A stretch of DNA of 64,000 nt. It comes from an uncultured Bacteroidia bacterium (GTDB lineage Bacteria; Bacteroidota; Bacteroidia; NS11-12g; UBA9320). Position numbers and translations under genes: made by a program. Of the stretch, positions 39,319 to 50,387 are shown piece after piece; position 1 is the first letter of the stretch; each line of letters opens with the position of its first letter. The stretch is taken from NCBI GenBank assembly GCA_943789165.1, contig CALSTB010000001.1, positions 209,113 through 273,112 of the forward strand, given 5' to 3'. A model generated the notes under the pieces. The model made no database searches. It was not told where the DNA came from and saw nothing but the letters and a program-made list of their open reading frames with translations.

Positions 39319-41397
39319 TTAATCTTCTGTTGAGGACGTATCTTCAGGCGAAGTCGATGACTCGTACGTCTTTTCATTCTTGTTTTCTGCTTCAACTTCC
39401 TCTTCAACTGCAGTTTCCACATCCTCCGCAACCGCTTTCATTTCTTCCTCAGGTTTTTCCCAAGGTCGTTTCCCGAAAATCGCTTCTAAGTCTTCTTTGA
39501 AAATGACTTCCTTTTCTAATAATTTATCAGCGAGTTGATCCAGCTTATCTCTGTTCTCAGACAACAACTTAATCGCTCTCGCGTATTGTTCGTCAGTCAG
39601 TTTTTTGATCTCTGAATCTATCAATGCAGCCGTTTGCTCGCTAAAAGGTTTTGTAAAACCCTCGTTTAAATTGTAGTAAGATATGTTTCCTACTTTGTCA
39701 TTTAAACCATAAATCGACACCATTGCCATCGCTTGGCGGGTCACTTTTTCAAGATCGCTTAATGCACCAGTTGATATTTTTCCGAAGGTTACAAACTCTG
39801 CAGCTCTTCCTCCTAACGTAGCACACATTTCATCTAACAACTGTTCTGTTGTCGTGATTTGTCGTTCTTCAGGTAGGTACCATGCAGCTCCAAGACTTCG
39901 TCCTCGTGGAACAATCGTCACCTTTACCAAAGGACTCGCATGCTCACATAACCAACTCACGGTTGCGTGTCCAGCTTCGTGTACTGCTACAGATCTCTTT
40001 TCTTCTGGCGTGATGATTTTGTTTTTCTTTTCTAAACCACCGATGATTCTATCTACGGCATCTAAGAAATCCTGTTTTTCAATCACCTTTTTGTTTTTAC
40101 GAGCTGCAATTAAAGCTGCCTCGTTACACATGTTGGCGATATCCGCACCACTAAACCCAGGGGTTTGTCTGGCTAAAAAGTTTCTATCTAACGTTTTTTC
40201 AATCTTCAATGGCTTCAAATGCACATCAAAAATGGCACGACGCTCATTAAGATCTGGCATGTCTGCGTATATCTGTCGATCAAAACGACCTGCTCTTAAA
40301 AGGGCTGAGTCTAACACATCCACACGGTTTGTTGCTGCCAAAATGATGACACCAGTGTCTGTCCCGAAACCATCCATTTCTGTTAACAGTTGGTTCAGTG
40401 TATTTTCACGCTCATCGTTTGAACCTTGCATCGCATTTTTACCACGTGCTCGTCCAATCGCGTCAATCTCGTCGATGAAAATAATACAAGGTGCTTTTTC
40501 CTTTGCTTGTTTGAAAAGGTCTCGCACTCGAGAGGCTCCAACACCCACGAACATTTCAACGAAATCAGAACCGGAAAGTGAAAAGAAAGGCACATTGGCC
40601 TCACCTGCTACCGCTTTCGCTAATAAGGTTTTACCCGTACCTGGAGGGCCTACAAGTAGTGCTCCTTTAGGAATCTTACCTCCTAAGTCGGTATATTTTT
40701 TAGGGTTCTTTAAGAAGTCAACAATCTCCATGACTTCCACTTTAGCCTCTTCCAAACCTGCCACGTCATGGAAGGTTACATTCACTTTAGTGTCTTTGTC
40801 GAATAACTGTGCTTTAGACTTTCCAATGTTGAATATTTGACCTGCTCCACCACCTGCTTGACCGCCCATACGGCGCATCATTAGGTACCAAAAGCCAAAT
40901 AATAAGGCAAAGAATATGATCCAATTAATGATGTTGCTGTGATCAGCTTCAGGAATTGGATTTAAGAAAACGCGTTCATTTTCTGGAATATCCGCTTGCG
41001 CGTCGGCCACTTCTTTAATGAACTCTTGGTTGTCAAGAATTTGGTCCATCACAAAATCCGGGGTATTTGGATTCATAGACTTTCCAAAGCCTTTATCAAG
41101 GTTCTTTTTGGTATACTTCTCTAGTTTTTTAGCGTCTTCCGTTAAATAGATATACGCTTTGGTTCTGTTTGCTACATCGATCTTTTCAATTTCTTTGTTC
41201 GCCAACATATCCCGCAACTCACGAGTTGTTAATGAATTATCACCTCCACCAGGGAAGTATAACATGGTCAATAGGATTATTGCAATTAGCACATAAATCC
41301 AACTCATGCTAAATCTTGGAAGCCCTCCCTTTTTCTCAGGTTTGTTTGAATCTTTCTTCACAACAATTTTGGGTTTCTTGTTCTTTTCTTCTGCCAT
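39319..41397 (-). CDS. ftsH: ATP-dependent zinc metalloprotease FtsH
   Basis: Walker A GPPGTGKT, SRH region, HEAGHA zinc site. The start at MAEEKNKK is preferred. Confidence 0.95.
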   Translation of the reverse strand: MAEEKNKKPKIVVKKDSNKPEKKGGLPRFSMSWIYVLIAIILLTMLYFPGGGDNSLTTRELRDMLANKEIEKIDVANRTKAYIYLTEDAKKLEKYTKKNLDKGFGKSMNPNTPDFVMDQILDNQEFIKEVADAQADIPENERVFLNPIPEADHSNIINWIIFFALLFGFWYLMMRRMGGQAGGGAGQIFNIGKSKAQLFDKDTKVNVTFHDVAGLEEAKVEVMEIVDFLKNPKKYTDLGGKIPKGALLVGPPGTGKTLLAKAVAGEANVPFFSLSGSDFVEMFVGVGASRVRDLFKQAKEKAPCIIFIDEIDAIGRARGKNAMQGSNDERENTLNQLLTEMDGFGTDTGVIILAATNRVDVLDSALLRAGRFDRQIYADMPDLNERRAIFDVHLKPLKIEKTLDRNFLARQTPGFSGADIANMCNEAALIAARKNKKVIEKQDFLDAVDRIIGGLEKKNKIITPEEKRSVAVHEAGHATVSWLCEHASPLVKVTIVPRGRSLGAAWYLPEERQITTTEQLLDEMCATLGGRAAEFVTFGKISTGALSDLEKVTRQAMAMVSIYGLNDKVGNISYYNLNEGFTKPFSEQTAALIDSEIKKLTDEQYARAIKLLSENRDKLDQLADKLLEKEVIFKEDLEAIFGKRPWEKPEEEMKAVAEDVETAVEEEVEAENKNEKTYESSTSPEDTSSTED

Positions 41398-41642
41398 TCG
41401 AAAACGTAAAATTAGGTCATTGGTTTTAAACCGTACCATGCCTATTCTAAGCGGCAAAAGTAACATTTATTTAAGCCAATACTATCCAAACCATTTAGTC
41501 ACCAAAAGGTTGGCTTTGCCCGATAAAAGTCATCTTTTTTAGGCCAAAAACACAAATTCTCCTATTTCAAAGTGAATTCGCCAGAGTTCACCGTCGGTTT
41601 TAATCAAAAAATACGTTGATTTGTTCAAAATTTATCACCCCT

Positions 41643-42833
41643 ATGTTCGATACCTTAAAACCGCATTTACAAAAAGAATTGGCCGGCATTAGAGAAGCTG
41701 GTCTGTATAAAAATGAACGCATTATTAGCTCACCTCAAGCAGCCGATATTACCTTAAGTTCTGGCGAACAAGTCATTAATTTTTGTGCGAATAATTATTT
41801 AGGATTGTCTTCTCACCCAAAGGTGGTTGAGGCGGCAAAAAACGCCATAGACTCCCATGGTTATGGACTTTCCTCTGTTCGTTTTATTTGTGGAACGCAG
41901 GACATACATAAAGAATTGGAGCGAAAGATATCCGAGTTTCTTCGCACTGAAGATACCATTTTATATGCTGCAGCATTTGACGCAAACGGAGGTGTTTTTG
42001 AGCCTATTCTTGGTCCAGATGACGCCATCATTAGTGATGCGTTGAACCATGCTTCCATCATTGACGGGGTCCGATTATGTAAAGCAGCCAGGTTTAGATA
42101 TGCGCACAATGATATGGCAGATTTAGAACGTTGCCTGCAAGAAAGTCAATCATCAAACAATAGAATCATTGTCACCGATGGGGTTTTCTCTATGGACGGA
42201 ACCATTGCCCAACTAGATAAAATTGTTGCTTTAGCTGAGAAATATCAGGCATTAATTATGATAGATGAATGCCATGCTAGCGGGTTTATGGGTAAAACCG
42301 GACGAGGTACGCACGAGCACTGTGACGTAGTTGGTAAGATCGACATCATCACTGGAACTTTAGGCAAAGCTTTAGGTGGTGCGTCAGGAGGTTTCACTTC
42401 AGGACGAAAGGAGATTATTGATATTTTACGTCAACGTTCACGACCATATTTGTTCTCAAATACCGTAGCACCCTCCATCGTTGGGGCCAGTATTGCGGTT
42501 TTAGATATGCTTCGTGAAACGACTGACCTTCGCGACAAACTTGAAGACAATACCAACTATTTCCGAGGTAAAATGACTGAAGCTGGATTTGACATTAAAC
42601 CGGGAACACATCCTATTGTTCCCATCATGTTGTACGATGCTAAGTTGTCTCAAAACTTTGCTGAAAAGCTGTTAGAAGAAGGTATATATGTTATTGGATT
42701 TTATTTTCCAGTGGTTCCAAAAGGTCAAGCTCGTATCCGTGTTCAAGTTTCAGCAGGACATGAACGACATCATTTGGATAAGGCGATTAACGCTTTTATA
42801 AAAATTGGTAAGGAACTAGACGTTATTAAATAA
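41643..42833 (+). CDS. kbl: glycine C-acetyltransferase (2-amino-3-ketobutyrate CoA ligase)
   Basis: NFCANNYLGL, DECHA, and the PLP-lysine region TGTLGKALGG. Confidence 0.85.
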   Translation: MFDTLKPHLQKELAGIREAGLYKNERIISSPQAADITLSSGEQVINFCANNYLGLSSHPKVVEAAKNAIDSHGYGLSSVRFICGTQDIHKELERKISEFLRTEDTILYAAAFDANGGVFEPILGPDDAIISDALNHASIIDGVRLCKAARFRYAHNDMADLERCLQESQSSNNRIIVTDGVFSMDGTIAQLDKIVALAEKYQALIMIDECHASGFMGKTGRGTHEHCDVVGKIDIITGTLGKALGGASGGFTSGRKEIIDILRQRSRPYLFSNTVAPSIVGASIAVLDMLRETTDLRDKLEDNTNYFRGKMTEAGFDIKPGTHPIVPIMLYDAKLSQNFAEKLLEEGIYVIGFYFPVVPKGQARIRVQVSAGHERHHLDKAINAFIKIGKELDVIK

Positions 42834-42838
42834 TTAGC

Positions 42839-43741
42839 ATGGTCAAGGCCTTTGTTCAAGCAGCACGATTACGCACCCTGCCTTTAGCCATTGGGTCCAT
42901 CGTTGTAGGTTCGGCATTGGCTGCATTTTTCTACGAACATGATTGGCGGATAACAGCCTTGGCTTTATTGACGGCCATCCTCTTACAGGTGCTTTCCAAC
43001 TTTGCGAATGATTACGGGGACTTTAAAAAAGGAACCGATGACGACACACGTCAGGATCGGGCATTGGCAAGTGGTTCGCTCACCATTCATCAAATGAAAA
43101 ATGCCTTGATTCTCACCTCCATTCTCACCTTGATATGTGGTGTTTCATTACTTTGGATTTCCTTCGATTCCGTTAACTTTGGTTTTATTGGACTGTTTGT
43201 TATTGGTTTATTAAGTATTGGAGCTGCTATTAAATATACGGTAGGTAAAAACCCGTATGGTTATAGCACCTTAGGTGATGTAGCTGTCTTTATCTTTTTT
43301 GGTTTGGTGGCAGTTTTGGGAACGTACTATTTACAATCTGGCAAATTCGATCATGGTTTCTATGCGTCTATCGTACCGGCCTGTGCCATAGGATTGCTAG
43401 CAACTGGTGTATTGAACATTAACAATATCCGCGACATCGAAGGCGATAAAATGAATGGTAAAATTACTTTGGCTGCTCGCTTAGGTAAAAGTGCTGCGGA
43501 ATACTATCAATTAGTTTTAGTGCTTTTGGGCGTTGGGCTGCTTTTTCTGTTTTTTCAGAGGTCTACCTCAAGCCAAGGGTTGTTGGTTTTATTGGTGGGT
43601 GGATTATTCATTTTTCATTGGTTGAAATTGAGAAGCCTACAGAATACAAAAGAGAACAGACCTGCTTATAACAAACTGCTCAAGTTTCATGTATTGTTGA
43701 GTTTGTTAATGGTGATTGTGATGACTTTGATGCTTCGCTAA
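42839..43741 (+). CDS. menA: 1,4-dihydroxy-2-naphthoate octaprenyltransferase
   Basis: UbiA-family motifs (NDYGDFKKGTD, NNIRDIEGD) and about 8 TM segments. Confidence 0.85.
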   Translation: MVKAFVQAARLRTLPLAIGSIVVGSALAAFFYEHDWRITALALLTAILLQVLSNFANDYGDFKKGTDDDTRQDRALASGSLTIHQMKNALILTSILTLICGVSLLWISFDSVNFGFIGLFVIGLLSIGAAIKYTVGKNPYGYSTLGDVAVFIFFGLVAVLGTYYLQSGKFDHGFYASIVPACAIGLLATGVLNINNIRDIEGDKMNGKITLAARLGKSAAEYYQLVLVLLGVGLLFLFFQRSTSSQGLLVLLVGGLFIFHWLKLRSLQNTKENRPAYNKLLKFHVLLSLLMVIVMTLMLR

Positions 43742-44797
43742 ATGGAATATCGGATTGTACATCACCAATTACAGTTTGTTAAGCCGGCAAAAACCAGTCG
43801 TAATGTTTTTAAAGAACGACACATTCGTTACATCGTATTAACGCACAATGGTGTTACCGGAATCGGAGAAGCTGCGCCGTTACACCTATTGAGTATTGAT
43901 GATGTCGATGAGTATGATGAGAAACTTGAAGCAGCTTGTACGCAGTTTTGTGAAGAATCTTTCGACTTCAACTTCAACTTAGACTTCAACTTAGACTTTA
44001 ACTTACACCCTTTCCCTTCTATCCGATTTGGTTTAGAGTCCGCTTTTTTGGATTTAAAAAATGGTGGGAAACGACGATACTTTGATACCGAATTTGTCAG
44101 CGGCAAACCAATTCCAATCAATGGATTGGTTTGGATGGCCGATTTGGAAGCGATGTATGAGGAAGCCGTAACCAAGATTAACTCAGGCTACAAGTGCATA
44201 AAATTTAAGGTGGGTCAGCATGATTTTGATGCCGAATGCCGACTACTTGAACGTATTCGTACAGATCATTCCGCGTTTAATCTTGAAATACGTTTAGATG
44301 CAAATGGTGCTTTTTTAGCAGATGAAGCATTGGCACAGTTAAAAGAATTATCACGGTTCGACATCCACAGTATTGAACAACCCGTTGCAGTAAATCAATG
44401 GGATGATATGGCCAAATTGAGTCGCGAATCAAAGATCGATATTGCATTGGATGAGGAATTGATTGGTGTTGATGTTTTCAAGGACGGCGAACAATTACTC
44501 AAGCACATACGTCCCCAATACGTTATCTTAAAACCCAATCTCGTTGGAGGGTTTTCAGTTTCAGATGAATGGGTGAAACTATGCCGCAAACATCACATCG
44601 GTTGGTGGGCAACATCTGCACTTGAATCGAACATCGGATTAAATGCCATTGCACAATGGGTTAGTCAGTATGATATCGATATGCCTCAAGGACTCGGAAC
44701 TGGTAGTTTGTACAGCAACAATATGGATAGTCCTTTAGAGATTAGAAATCAAAGTTTGGTGTACGGAAAGACCGCATGGGACCTAGCTCTTTTTTAA
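43742..44797 (+). CDS. menC: o-succinylbenzoate synthase (enolase superfamily)
   Basis: Enolase-superfamily pattern (KFKVG, RLDANGAF, IEQP, DEEL), located next to menA. Confidence 0.7.
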   Translation: MEYRIVHHQLQFVKPAKTSRNVFKERHIRYIVLTHNGVTGIGEAAPLHLLSIDDVDEYDEKLEAACTQFCEESFDFNFNLDFNLDFNLHPFPSIRFGLESAFLDLKNGGKRRYFDTEFVSGKPIPINGLVWMADLEAMYEEAVTKINSGYKCIKFKVGQHDFDAECRLLERIRTDHSAFNLEIRLDANGAFLADEALAQLKELSRFDIHSIEQPVAVNQWDDMAKLSRESKIDIALDEELIGVDVFKDGEQLLKHIRPQYVILKPNLVGGFSVSDEWVKLCRKHHIGWWATSALESNIGLNAIAQWVSQYDIDMPQGLGTGSLYSNNMDSPLEIRNQSLVYGKTAWDLALF

Positions 44798-44810
44798 TAA
44801 ATTTTTAAAC

Positions 44811-44848
44811 AAAAAAAACTCCCGACGATGATTCGTCGGGAGAAAAAA
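44811..44848 (-). terminator. hairpin terminator between convergent menC and the LamG-T9SS gene
   Basis: Stem ctcccgacg-atgattc-gtcgggag flanked by A runs. This gives a T run on the minus strand. Confidence 0.7.
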
Positions 44849-44882
44849 GTATAGAATAGAATAATAAAAAAACAGTTTCTCT

Positions 44883-46853
44883 TTAGTGTCGTACCACAAG
44901 TCGTTCAGTCTTGGTTGCGTGGCTACCAATAAATTGAACGAAGTACACGCCATCTTTTACCGAAGTTAGATCGATCACCATGGCGTTGTGTTGGTCTGGC
45001 ATTTGTTCGGCCACAACGTTTCCGTTAAGACCTATTAGTACTATTTTACCAGTTTCTTCTTCTTGTCCCCACTGCACCTGAACATAATCCATTGCAGGGT
45101 TAGGATACACTTTCAAACTGATATTGGCCTCTTCGATTAAGCTATTCACCATCACGATGGGTGAATAATCGTATCTCCCGTCGTAATCCACTTGTTTGAT
45201 ACGGTAGTAGTTAACGTCTGAGTAAGGGTTTTGATCTAGGTATGTATATTTCATGATATTGGATGAAAACCCAGCACCACCAATTTCATCTAAAGATTCC
45301 CAACTTGCGCCATCATGTGTCCGTTCAACAATAAAATGACTGTTGTTTTCTTCCATTGCAGTAGCCCAATCAATTCGGTTTTCAGATAGTTCTTGTTTTG
45401 CTGTAATGTATAAGAATTCTACTGGCAACGCATTTGCTGAACTTGTAGAACCCATGGTGTAGGTAGCATTATTGTTTACAGTAACACCGCTATATGTAAT
45501 GGTGTTGCTTGAGCTATTGTATGTACCATGTACAATTTGTGCATTCGACATATCACCATCACCATCGGTGTCAATCATTAATCTTAAATCGTCGGCATCT
45601 GTAACGGTAAAATCAGCTTGATCTAAATTAAATATGATGTCAACAGCACCAACATCGCCAGTTTCATGAAACTTAATGTTTCTGTTCCAGCGGGTAAGAA
45701 TACTGTCTGGGTTTGAAGTATTTGATGCTCCAGATTCTAGGTTGTAACCGAATAGAAGGTATTCACCTGCGTCTAAATCCGTTGGGTTAGATAATTGAAT
45801 CAATCCACCACTGGCAGCACAATCGTTAAGGTCACTTGATGACTTTCCAATTCCCGCTACAAAGTGATCAAATCCATTTGCATCATGTGAAAATTTGTCG
45901 TTTTGAATCGCTATATCAAATTTCGAAGACAGGCTGTTTTCTAGTATTGTTCGTTGAGCCGTATCCAGTGCATAATTGTATTGAATAAAAGTAGCTAAAT
46001 CTCCTTGGTAGTAATACCCGTTTCCACTACCGTTTCCGTCTTCAAACACTGAATTTTTGTTCATAGCACCTAATCCAATGTCGTCACCATGACTGTAAAG
46101 CTTACCAACTCCAGTGGCAGTTCCCATTAAGCTACCATTTAGGTAACCTAATATTTTACCTGAAGTGGTATTGTCATTACTTCCGTCATATACCATTGTA
46201 ACAATGTATTCAGTGCTCGTATCTATTGCAGAACTAACACTTTTAAATACCCAAGGAGCATCTGTTCCATCGTCCGCTTTGTTCCATCCAGCCATGTATA
46301 AAAGGCTGTTGTAGATGTAGATGTTTAATCCTCTTGTTCCACCACCTTCTTCATAAATCACTTGTCGACCAGTGATATTCGTACTGGTTCGAATAACCAC
46401 CACATAGGTTCTTTCTGTCGAGGCAGAGGTGTTTAAATCGCTTTGATCAGCCATTTGCAAATAGTCGTTTGTACCGTCAAATTCTAGCACTGGGTGACCA
46501 TTCATTGCTGAACTACCTGATTGAAAAGCAGGTTGGTTAGCTGTAGTTGATTGAGACCATGCGGTTCCGTTTCCTCCAAGGTTTGGAATTGAAGAAACTA
46601 AATCACCATCTTCATAAGTTAAAGAATCCAAGTCGTAGCAAAAACGGTTGGTTGTGTTGTCGCCAATACCTGCTGGTCCATAACACGTAAAGTTAGAAGT
46701 ACCTTGTGTTCCGGCAAATGTGTCAGGTGTTGAGGTTAGGTTTGTGTACATGAATACACCGAGTGAAAGTAGAATTGCTAAAACCGTTGTAATCACCAAC
46801 GATTTTTTAAGGGTCAACTCCAAACCCAATTTTGGTTCGTTTTTTAGTTGCAT
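44883..46853 (-). CDS. LamG/concanavalin-like domain protein with T9SS C-terminal sorting domain
   Basis: N-terminal TM or signal segment, LamG-like core, NSHF.VER..DG module, and a KVYPNP...VYFVQF CTD. Confidence 0.7.
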   Translation of the reverse strand: MQLKNEPKLGLELTLKKSLVITTVLAILLSLGVFMYTNLTSTPDTFAGTQGTSNFTCYGPAGIGDNTTNRFCYDLDSLTYEDGDLVSSIPNLGGNGTAWSQSTTANQPAFQSGSSAMNGHPVLEFDGTNDYLQMADQSDLNTSASTERTYVVVIRTSTNITGRQVIYEEGGGTRGLNIYIYNSLLYMAGWNKADDGTDAPWVFKSVSSAIDTSTEYIVTMVYDGSNDNTTSGKILGYLNGSLMGTATGVGKLYSHGDDIGLGAMNKNSVFEDGNGSGNGYYYQGDLATFIQYNYALDTAQRTILENSLSSKFDIAIQNDKFSHDANGFDHFVAGIGKSSSDLNDCAASGGLIQLSNPTDLDAGEYLLFGYNLESGASNTSNPDSILTRWNRNIKFHETGDVGAVDIIFNLDQADFTVTDADDLRLMIDTDGDGDMSNAQIVHGTYNSSSNTITYSGVTVNNNATYTMGSTSSANALPVEFLYITAKQELSENRIDWATAMEENNSHFIVERTHDGASWESLDEIGGAGFSSNIMKYTYLDQNPYSDVNYYRIKQVDYDGRYDYSPIVMVNSLIEEANISLKVYPNPAMDYVQVQWGQEEETGKIVLIGLNGNVVAEQMPDQHNAMVIDLTSVKDGVYFVQFIGSHATKTERLVVRH

Positions 46854-47046
46854 TTCATCAAGATATAAGTAATAGTAGTTCGAATGTTGCGGCAGAAGCC
46901 ACCTCAATTCGATTTAAATGTAGACATTGTTTTCCACAAATGGGACATTTTACTTTTTAATATATCTATTTAGAATCATTCTTCCTACGCTTAACTATGT
47001 TTTTCAATACATAACTACAATCATCTAAAACTTACATTTGCCGCCA

Positions 47047-47934
47047 ATGAAAAATAACGTTCGCGTTCATTTAGCTTTATTAACGGTTGCCATCATTTAT
47101 GGCGAGAACTATACCATAGCAAAAGGTGTGATGCCAGAGCACCTTGGGCCTTCTGGGTTTGTGTTTCTTCGCATATTAGTGGCAGCTATATTATTTAACG
47201 TTGTCTATCTGTTTCGAAAAAAAGAAAAGGTTCAAGACAAAGGTCATTTCATACAATTTATCATCGCTGCCTGCTTTGGTGTGGCAGGAAACATGCTTTT
47301 GTTTTTTAATGGTCTCGCCCATACATCAGAAATCAATGCGTCCGTGTTAATGCTTAACGCTCCCGTGTTCGTGCTAATATTTTCAGTTTTCATTTTAAAG
47401 GAAAAAGTGAAAATTTGGCAAGCTGTAGGGATGTTGATAGCCGCTATTGGTGCCATGTTAATGATTGGCGGAACCGCTTTTGAGTTTAGTACTCAAAGTG
47501 CTTCAGGAGATGTAATGGTACTACTTAACGCAACTAGTTTTGCCTTTTACCTTGTCTATGTAAAACGTTTGTTATCAAAATATACGGCGTTATTCGTCAT
47601 AAAACATCTTTTTATAGTTGGTACAATTATGGTTTTGCCTTTTGCCTGGAACGACCTAAAATCTGCCGACTTCACACAATTCCCTGTAGAAATTTGGTAC
47701 TCGATTGCCTTTGTAGCCATCATGACGACTTTTGTTGCTTATTTGTTGAATGCTTGGGCCGTTCAAAAAGCGTCACCAAATTTGGTTGCGTCCTATATTT
47801 ACCTCCAGCCCGTTATAGCAACTTTTATTGCAATAAACGCTGGAAATCAATCCCTTTCTTGGGAAAAAGTTATTTTTGCACTCGTGATTTTCACTGGTGT
47901 GTATATGGTAAATTCTAATAGGAATAAGGCATGA
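47047..47934 (+). CDS. EamA/DMT family transporter
   Basis: Ten TM helices in two EamA-like halves. Confidence 0.75.
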   Translation: MKNNVRVHLALLTVAIIYGENYTIAKGVMPEHLGPSGFVFLRILVAAILFNVVYLFRKKEKVQDKGHFIQFIIAACFGVAGNMLLFFNGLAHTSEINASVLMLNAPVFVLIFSVFILKEKVKIWQAVGMLIAAIGAMLMIGGTAFEFSTQSASGDVMVLLNATSFAFYLVYVKRLLSKYTALFVIKHLFIVGTIMVLPFAWNDLKSADFTQFPVEIWYSIAFVAIMTTFVAYLLNAWAVQKASPNLVASYIYLQPVIATFIAINAGNQSLSWEKVIFALVIFTGVYMVNSNRNKA

Positions 47935-48803
47935 TTCGATCGATGACCGGTTATGGTAGTGCTGAAAAAATAACCAAGCGATACCACATCAAAATTGAAC
48001 TCAAATCTCTTAACGGAAAGTTTCTTGAATTAAACTTAAGAACGCCGAAAATGTTGGGAGAAAAGGAGCCCCAACTTCGTAAGTACCTAACTCCTAAAAT
48101 GATCCGAGGTTCTGTTTTATGCATGTTGAGTATCGACAGTACAGACGAAACAGTCGCTGGCTCCAAGCTTAACACAGCACTGGCTAAACATTATTACGAG
48201 CAAATCAAAACCTTGTCAGACGAATTAGGTGCCAACGATAAAGACATATTACGCAGCATTATTATGATGCCTGACGTAATGACTTCCGATGATACTGGTC
48301 TTGAAGATGAAGATTGGGAAGATGTAATGGCCGTTATTGACGAAGCTTATCAAAAATTTGACTCTTTTCGAATTAATGAAGGGGCTGAATTATGCAACAT
48401 GTTATTGAAACATAATGCTATTATCCAAGAACAGATTCCTTTAATAGAAACCTTTGAAGAAGAGCGAAAGCAATTGGTAAAAGATCGATTGACAGCAGGA
48501 CTTGAAGATTTCAGCAAAGACAATAAGGTCGACCAAAACCGGTTCGAGCAAGAATTGATTTATTATCTTGAAAAACTGGATATCGCGGAAGAGAAAAATC
48601 GTTTGAGAACACATTGTGAATTATTTGAAAACGAAATCAATAAAGGAGCTAACGGCAAAAAACTTGGCTTTATCAGTCAGGAAATGGGTCGAGAGATTAA
48701 TACCCTAGGTTCCAAAGCTGGATTTGCACCAATTCAAGAATTGGTCATAGTGATGAAGGAAGAATTAGAGAAAATAAAAGAGCAAACTTTAAACGTGTTG
48801 TAA
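47931..48803 (+). CDS. yicC: YicC/YloC family endoribonuclease
   Basis: MIRSMTGYG start and C-terminal EMGREINTLGSKA. Confidence 0.85.
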   Translation: MIRSMTGYGSAEKITKRYHIKIELKSLNGKFLELNLRTPKMLGEKEPQLRKYLTPKMIRGSVLCMLSIDSTDETVAGSKLNTALAKHYYEQIKTLSDELGANDKDILRSIIMMPDVMTSDDTGLEDEDWEDVMAVIDEAYQKFDSFRINEGAELCNMLLKHNAIIQEQIPLIETFEEERKQLVKDRLTAGLEDFSKDNKVDQNRFEQELIYYLEKLDIAEEKNRLRTHCELFENEINKGANGKKLGFISQEMGREINTLGSKAGFAPIQELVIVMKEELEKIKEQTLNVL

Positions 48804-48804
48804 A

Positions 48805-49368
48805 ATGGGTAAGCTTGTCATCTTCTCTGCTCCTTCGGGCTCTGGTAAAACAACTGTGGTAAAACACCTTTTGGAGACCAATCCGGATTTGCAATTTTCG
48901 GTTTCTGCTACTACAAGAAAAAAACGACCGAATGAAGTAGATGGGAAAGACTACTATTTTTTAACCCAAGAAGAGTTTGAATCCAAGCTAGCAAACGGTG
49001 AATTCTTGGAGTACGAGCAGGTTTACGACGGTTTGTACTATGGCACATTGAAGTCAGAAATAGAAAGAATTTGGGACAACAACAAGTCGGTAATTTTCGA
49101 TGTTGATGTAGTTGGAGGCCTCAATATTAAGCGCATTTACGGTAAAAAAGCCTTGGCTGTTTTCCTTCGTCCACCAAGCGTCGACGAACTCATGGAACGT
49201 TTAAAAAGACGTGAAACTGAAGTTGAACACGAACTTGAACAACGAATCGGCAAAGCCAACGAAGAACTTAAATACGAGAAAGAATTTGATATTGTATTGA
49301 TTAATAATATCTTAGCACATACACTTAAAGAAACGGAGAGCATCGTCAATTACTTTTTGACGCTATAA
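48805..49368 (+). CDS. gmk: guanylate kinase
   Basis: FSAPSGSGKTT P-loop and YYFL..EEF motif. Confidence 0.9.
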   Translation: MGKLVIFSAPSGSGKTTVVKHLLETNPDLQFSVSATTRKKRPNEVDGKDYYFLTQEEFESKLANGEFLEYEQVYDGLYYGTLKSEIERIWDNNKSVIFDVDVVGGLNIKRIYGKKALAVFLRPPSVDELMERLKRRETEVEHELEQRIGKANEELKYEKEFDIVLINNILAHTLKETESIVNYFLTL

Positions 49369-49372
49369 CATT

Positions 49373-49948
49373 ATGAGAATCGGACTTTTCTTTGGATCAT
49401 TTAATCCAATCCATCAAGGGCACTTAATACTTAGCCAATTCATTTTAGATCAAATAAAACTGGATGAAATATGGTTTGTTGTATCCCCTCAAAACCCTTT
49501 AAAATCGCCTATTGATCTTTATGATGAAAGGGACCGATTGAATATGGTTGAACTTGCTATTAAAGACCAACCTTTGTTTCGTGTATGCGATATTGAGTTT
49601 GATATGCCACGACCTTCATATACGTGGGACACACTTACAGCACTGGCAAAAAAACATCCAAAAAATGAGTTTGCGCTAATATTGGGCTCAGACAATTTGC
49701 AGCATTTCGACAAATGGAAGGAGCACGAGCAAATCTTATTGGAGTATGATTTAATCGTGTATAACCGAGAAAACAATCCAGGAGGTGACTTTGCTAAAAA
49801 TCAAAAAGTACGATTGCTTAAAGGACCGATGTTAAACATCTCCTCGACTCAAATTAGAAGTTATTTAAGACTTGGGCGAGGAATCAAATTTATGGTTCCA
49901 AGAGAAGTTGAAGAATACCTAGTGAAGCTGAAAGAAGCCGAAGAATAG
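49373..49948 (+). CDS. nadD: nicotinate-nucleotide adenylyltransferase
   Basis: GSFNPIHQGHL motif and ISST.IR. Confidence 0.9.
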   Translation: MRIGLFFGSFNPIHQGHLILSQFILDQIKLDEIWFVVSPQNPLKSPIDLYDERDRLNMVELAIKDQPLFRVCDIEFDMPRPSYTWDTLTALAKKHPKNEFALILGSDNLQHFDKWKEHEQILLEYDLIVYNRENNPGGDFAKNQKVRLLKGPMLNISSTQIRSYLRLGRGIKFMVPREVEEYLVKLKEAEE

Positions 49949-50314
49949 TTACTCCTGTTCAAAACTACATCCACCTCCAGCATGACACACTTTGTTTTGA
50001 TTCGCTTGTAAGGTGCCATCAATGTAAATTTCTGTTTTTATAACCTGAAATTCGCCGTCTCGAGGCATTACGAATAACAACACTTTATCACCTTCCAGAA
50101 GCTCCATTGTGTGTGACAATTCAAAGTTGTCGGTAAACTCTGTAGTCTCCTGCCAAATGATTTCGCTATTGCGATCTATGAAAGCACTGGCTGAACAAAA
50201 TGTATTACACTCTGCTTTAAAATCAATCTTATTTCCCTTTTGAACTGGGACTTCATCTGCTCCACAACCTGCTAAGATCACTGCAGAGAACATCAATAAT
50301 AGGATCTGTTTCAT
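49949..50314 (-). CDS. small lipoprotein
   Basis: MKQILLLMFSAVILAGCG lipobox. The upstream 24 codons of the track ORF are IS-end sequence. Confidence 0.6.
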   Translation of the reverse strand: MKQILLLMFSAVILAGCGADEVPVQKGNKIDFKAECNTFCSASAFIDRNSEIIWQETTEFTDNFELSHTMELLEGDKVLLFVMPRDGEFQVIKTEIYIDGTLQANQNKVCHAGGGCSFEQE

Positions 50315-50387
50315 CTTGATTCGTTTATAGTGTACGTCTTCAGCGAAAGTTGAACTTTTGGGGTCAAAAGCTAAGAGAGAGTTCATG

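Noticed and set aside
39854-40840. 328-aa ORF antisense to ftsH
   Set aside because: It lies entirely within the unmistakable FtsH coding region on the opposite strand. Its composition is low-complexity and Ser/Pro/Ala-rich, as expected for an antisense artefact, and it has no recognisable motifs.
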